DNA of 64,000 nucleotides from Albugo candida (Eukaryota): NCBI GenBank assembly GCA_040437565.1, contig JBDOQK010000033.1, positions 248,001 to 312,000 of the forward strand, read 5' to 3'. Shown piece by piece: positions 61,901 to 64,000 of this stretch (position 1 is its first letter; each line of letters starts with the position of its first letter). The notes under the pieces were generated by a model. It saw only the letters and a program-made list of their open reading frames with translations, ran no database searches and was not told where the DNA came from. The position numbers and the translations under genes were made by a program.

Positions 61901-63546
61901 ATTTGTAAAGGCTTTCTATCTGGCTAAACGCAAGTGCGGTCAGCATCGTCCAAGTCGTCTAGCCATGTTTATCTCCAACCAGGTGGCGACTACAACCACT
62001 GTCTAAAATCCAGATTTGCTCATCACAGCTCAGTACGTCCGGAATAGCCAGAGTGAGGTCCGCTTCATTCTTTTCTCGTTGATACGCTTTTGGACATTTA
62101 GCCTTCGAGTGACCCATTTCTCCGCAGATATGACATCGTCTCGTATCTTGAAACCGACGTTCTTGAATAGCGCTAACAACTTCCCTTCCGATTCGTTTAT
62201 TTACTGCGCCTGACTCCCACGCTTGGGCAAAGTGTGTCAGCTCTTCCGCTTGTTTGAGGTAGTCTGTTCTGCGATCCTCCACCTTCGCCATTAAAACGAT
62301 TCTCATCTCTTGAGAAGCATATTGAACAATATTGTTCAAAACGAGGTAGTCCGACCCGCCACCCGATACCTCACTCACTGCGTTGGAGTACATTAGGTGG
62401 TCTATCCATGACCTTCTCGCATCTTTAGGATGAGTAAATAAGTCCATTGCTTGAGCCGGCGTAGTGGTGCTTTTGAAAGCTTGTAACATCTTTTCCATGG
62501 CATGTTGGAGTGTCGGTACTTGGCTCCTCCAGGCTTCAATCTGCTTGTTGAAATATCTTTCGGCTATACCTTCAAGGTGATGGCCAAATAGATCAACCTT
62601 GACATCTTCAGGCCACGAAAACCCACACGTATATTGAGCCATAACGATTTGCCTCTTAAATCTTCTCCCCCTTTCTAAAAAGCCAGATCCTAGACTCGAT
62701 ACAATTCCTTTCCGTCGAATGCTTTGATCTTCAACTCTTTTTGTCGCGCATCAGGAGATCTGAACGCAGCTGCACCACCGTTGCCTTGGTTCCCCCGAAT
62801 GTTCGGCACTCCACCAACTCCATCGACATTGAATCTTTGGCGATCGTAGTCGCGTACACCATGTTCATGATGATGCTCGTTAACAAACTGCGGATGTACA
62901 TATCGAAGTCTCTTTTCTCCTCGTTCCTTTCGGGAATGTCTGTTAGTGAATCAAGGTGCATCCGCGGACCGCGACCCAGTGCCGATTCAAACAAATTCGG
63001 ACTCCTGTCTGGGCTCATGGATTGTTCTTCTGATATTCTCCTTGCCCTCTAATCCATTACCACATCCCTTCGGAGCTCAGACTACGATTCTTCTAGACGA
63101 TCCAAACGACCAACCAGCCTATGCATGAGCTGCACCAATTCGTTTTTGTCTTCTTTATCACCCCTATTCCTCTCCTGAAAAGTTTTCTTGTGTACGCCAA
63201 CACCCACCGCCATGCTTTTCTCTTCTAGTACATCTACTACCCTGGCTCTCTCGTGGCCAGGAGTAGTCACTGTTGACGAGGCATTATTCTCGTCAACCTC
63301 ATAGCCATGAACAAAGTCCGCCGTTGGGCTCATAACCTGTTAAAATCTGGTCCTGTTACGACAGACACGACACAGGGAAGCGAACGAGAACACGGTCTTT
63401 AGTTTCCAATAGAAAAGTCGTATATTGATTTATTATTATGTTTCAGCTAAATACGAAACGCCTCGCTACAATACAAAAATGTTATGTAATCCACGCATTT
63501 CCATGAGGCTTCGTTATCATTTCTTCAACATGTTCCACTTTCAACA
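58901..63546 (-). mobile_element. Near full-length degenerate Ty1/Copia LTR retrotransposon
   Basis: 5' LTR 63546-63338 (TGTTG...AACA); PBS GGTTATGAGCCCA; gag with [53 protein letters not shown] 59027-59036; 3' LTR matches only over 59026-58901. Confidence 0.93.
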
Positions 63547-64000
63547 TACCTTGCGTCGTCTGGTTTTTCCAAAAGATGAAGAGATTGAAGGCAAGCAATG
63601 TAGTAAGGACCTACAAAAATATGGATTGGAGACTCTGTTTTCTCGTTCTCCGATCTTATATCGCTGATTGCAGTCAGCGTATATGCTCAAAAGATAAAAT
63701 CAGTTTCATCGCTGAAAACTTTTGAGCACTTTAGATAAAATTTGGAAAGTAAGATATATTAAATGTAGGAGGTCCTTAGTTCACTTTACTAGCTAGTCTA
63801 AGCCTTCTAGTTCTAAACGCCCACAGCCACTAATTTATTGTCCAATAGATGAAAGTTGATTAGCCTGATGTGTTCCACACTGGTTCAGGGACATCAGCTT
63901 CAATAAATATAACAATTTCTTTTTTTAGGGTGTTTATATCCTCACAACTAAAACTGATATCCACACAATATTTTTTGTATTACATTTTTATTTCAAAATC

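Overview
Eukaryotic, not prokaryotic, scaffold. Short GT-AG introns, oomycete-type Copia/L1/MULE elements and a signal peptide + CHxC/CxxCxxxxxG (CCG) effector point to an oomycete, most likely the white rust Albugo (inference). The left ~6.5 kb is gene-dense core genome: a tandem telobox-Myb protein, ARP3 and a receptor-like TKL kinase. The rest is a gene-sparse, transposon-rich effector compartment. Main finding: a tandem array of three secreted proteins (7169, 18036, 22742) carrying the ordered motif set of the inosine/uridine-preferring nucleoside hydrolase (NH) fold, the fold used by bacterial XopQ/HopQ1 effectors. The copies differ at predicted catalytic positions. Copy 1 lost two conserved Asp residues and gained at least 16 identical 87-bp (29-aa) repeats. 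Copy 3 has intact Asp motifs plus a K/R-rich insert and a C-terminal frameshift. Also present: one intact 690-aa CCG effector, probable CCG-like relics, a CLEC16A/FPL-domain pseudogene, four MULE remnants, Mutator-type MITEs, three Copia remnants and L1-like LINE pieces. There are fourteen 100-N gaps, several flanked by artefactual duplications. All family calls come from by-eye motif recognition, not database searches.
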